Positions 31,449 through 32,000 of a stretch of DNA of 32,000 nt are shown here, one piece after another (within the stretch, counting starts at the first letter, position 1; each line of letters starts with the position of its first letter). Made by a program: the position numbers and the translations under genes. Source of the DNA: Opitutia bacterium KCR 482 (lineage in GTDB: Bacteria > Verrucomicrobiota > Verrucomicrobiia > Opitutales > Intestinicryptomonadaceae); assembly GCA_029269845.2 (NCBI GenBank), contig CP149973.1, positions 1-32,000 on the forward strand, given 5' to 3'. Under the pieces are notes generated by a model. It saw only the letters and a list, made by a program, of their open reading frames with translations. It had not been told where the DNA came from and searched no databases.

Positions 31449-32000
31449 ATGTCTATACAACGCAAATCTTTGGGCAGGGGGCTTAGCTCCATAATCTCGG
31501 CGGGCGCGAAAAAGGCCGCCGACAGCGGCGCGCGCAAGGTCGCCGCGCAAACGCAGTCCGCGCTAGCAAAAGACGTGAAAATAGCCTCGCACGGACTGTT
31601 CAGCGAAATCGCCGTAGATAAAATCATTCCCAGCCCCTATCAGGCGCGCGCACAGTTCGACGAGGAACAGATTTCACAGCTTGCAGATTCGATTGCCTCG
31701 GAAGGTCTTTTGCAGCCGCTGCTCGTCCGCCAGCTCAAAGACGGCACTTACGAGCTTTTGGCGGGCGAACGCCGCTTGCGGGCGTGCCGCAGCCTGGGCA
31801 TGAAGAAAGTCGTGGCGTGCGTGCAGTCGGCAAGCGACGCGTCCGCCGCGGCGAAGGGGCTTATCGAAAACCTCCAACGCTCCGACCTCAACCCGATTGA
31901 AGAGGCGCGGGGTATCCTCAACATGATGGAGAATTTCCATCTGACGCAGGAGGCGGCTTCGCAGCGTTTGGGCAAGCCGCGTTCGAGCATTGCAAACTCG
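31449..32000 (+). CDS. parB: Chromosome partitioning protein ParB/Spo0J (3'-truncated by the window edge)
   Basis: The frame is open from the ATG at 31449 to the window end and is absent from the ORF track because it has no stop. The sequence begins MSIQRKSLGRGLSSII... The ParB box is ..IIPSPYQARAQFDEEQISQLADSIASEGLLQPLLVR..YELLAGERRLRACRSLG.. and the HTH is LTQEAASQRLGKPRSSIANS. Confidence 0.92.
   Translation, partial: MSIQRKSLGRGLSSIISAGAKKAADSGARKVAAQTQSALAKDVKIASHGLFSEIAVDKIIPSPYQARAQFDEEQISQLADSIASEGLLQPLLVRQLKDGTYELLAGERRLRACRSLGMKKVVACVQSASDASAAAKGLIENLQRSDLNPIEEARGILNMMENFHLTQEAASQRLGKPRSSIANS

Noticed and set aside
1-32000. parS sites and DnaA-box clusters.
   Set aside because: Only partial matches turned up, for example CGTGAAACAG at about 1714, ATTTCACGGAATC at about 12980, and 7/9 DnaA-box matches inside coding sequence. 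None exceeds chance expectation.

Overview
GC-rich (roughly 55-60% by eye) chromosomal region of a diderm bacterium. It starts at dnaA and runs off the right edge inside parB, so it is probably origin-proximal core genome. I call 27 protein genes with well-supported boundaries, plus one doubtful 43-aa ORF. On the + strand: dnaA and an SGNH hydrolase. On the - strand: two tandem secreted beta-helix paralogs, a ~1150-aa protein I read as PPi-dependent PEP carboxykinase, a Tat-exported TIM-barrel isomerase-like protein, mnmA and a GAF/AAA+/HTH regulator. A tightly overlapping + strand chain dnaX-rmuC-meaB-xerD follows. After it come mntP (-), an aldose-epimerase-like gene and dtd (+). Next is a 684-bp non-coding gap carrying a three-copy structured repeat. 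Beyond the gap lies a - strand nitrogen cluster: glnK-amtB behind a near-consensus sigma-54 promoter, then a TorF/Gcw_chp-type beta-barrel gene. The remaining genes are a CPBP protease, dusB, a TPR-like protein, a Tat metallophosphoesterase, a BadF-type sugar kinase, glmS (-), a LysM coiled-coil protein and parB. I saw no tRNA or rRNA genes, CRISPR arrays, transposases, integrases other than xerD, or prophage or defence genes. I did not find a convincing novel multi-gene system. The points most worth a second look are listed here. (1) An A10 tract in dnaX puts the tau-like C-terminal ~111 codons out of frame, which indicates recoding, transcriptional slippage or an assembly indel. (2) A structured ~80-135 bp repeat family lies at 19995-20424. 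(3) The sigma-54-activator-like protein has degenerate GAFTGA and arginine-finger motifs. (4) The sigma-54 promoter with upstream repeated 9-mers drives glnK-amtB, and an outer-membrane barrel gene follows behind terminators. (5) An 82-bp identical block sits inside the otherwise diverged beta-helix paralogs. Every functional call rests on motif recognition in the supplied translations; no database search was run.
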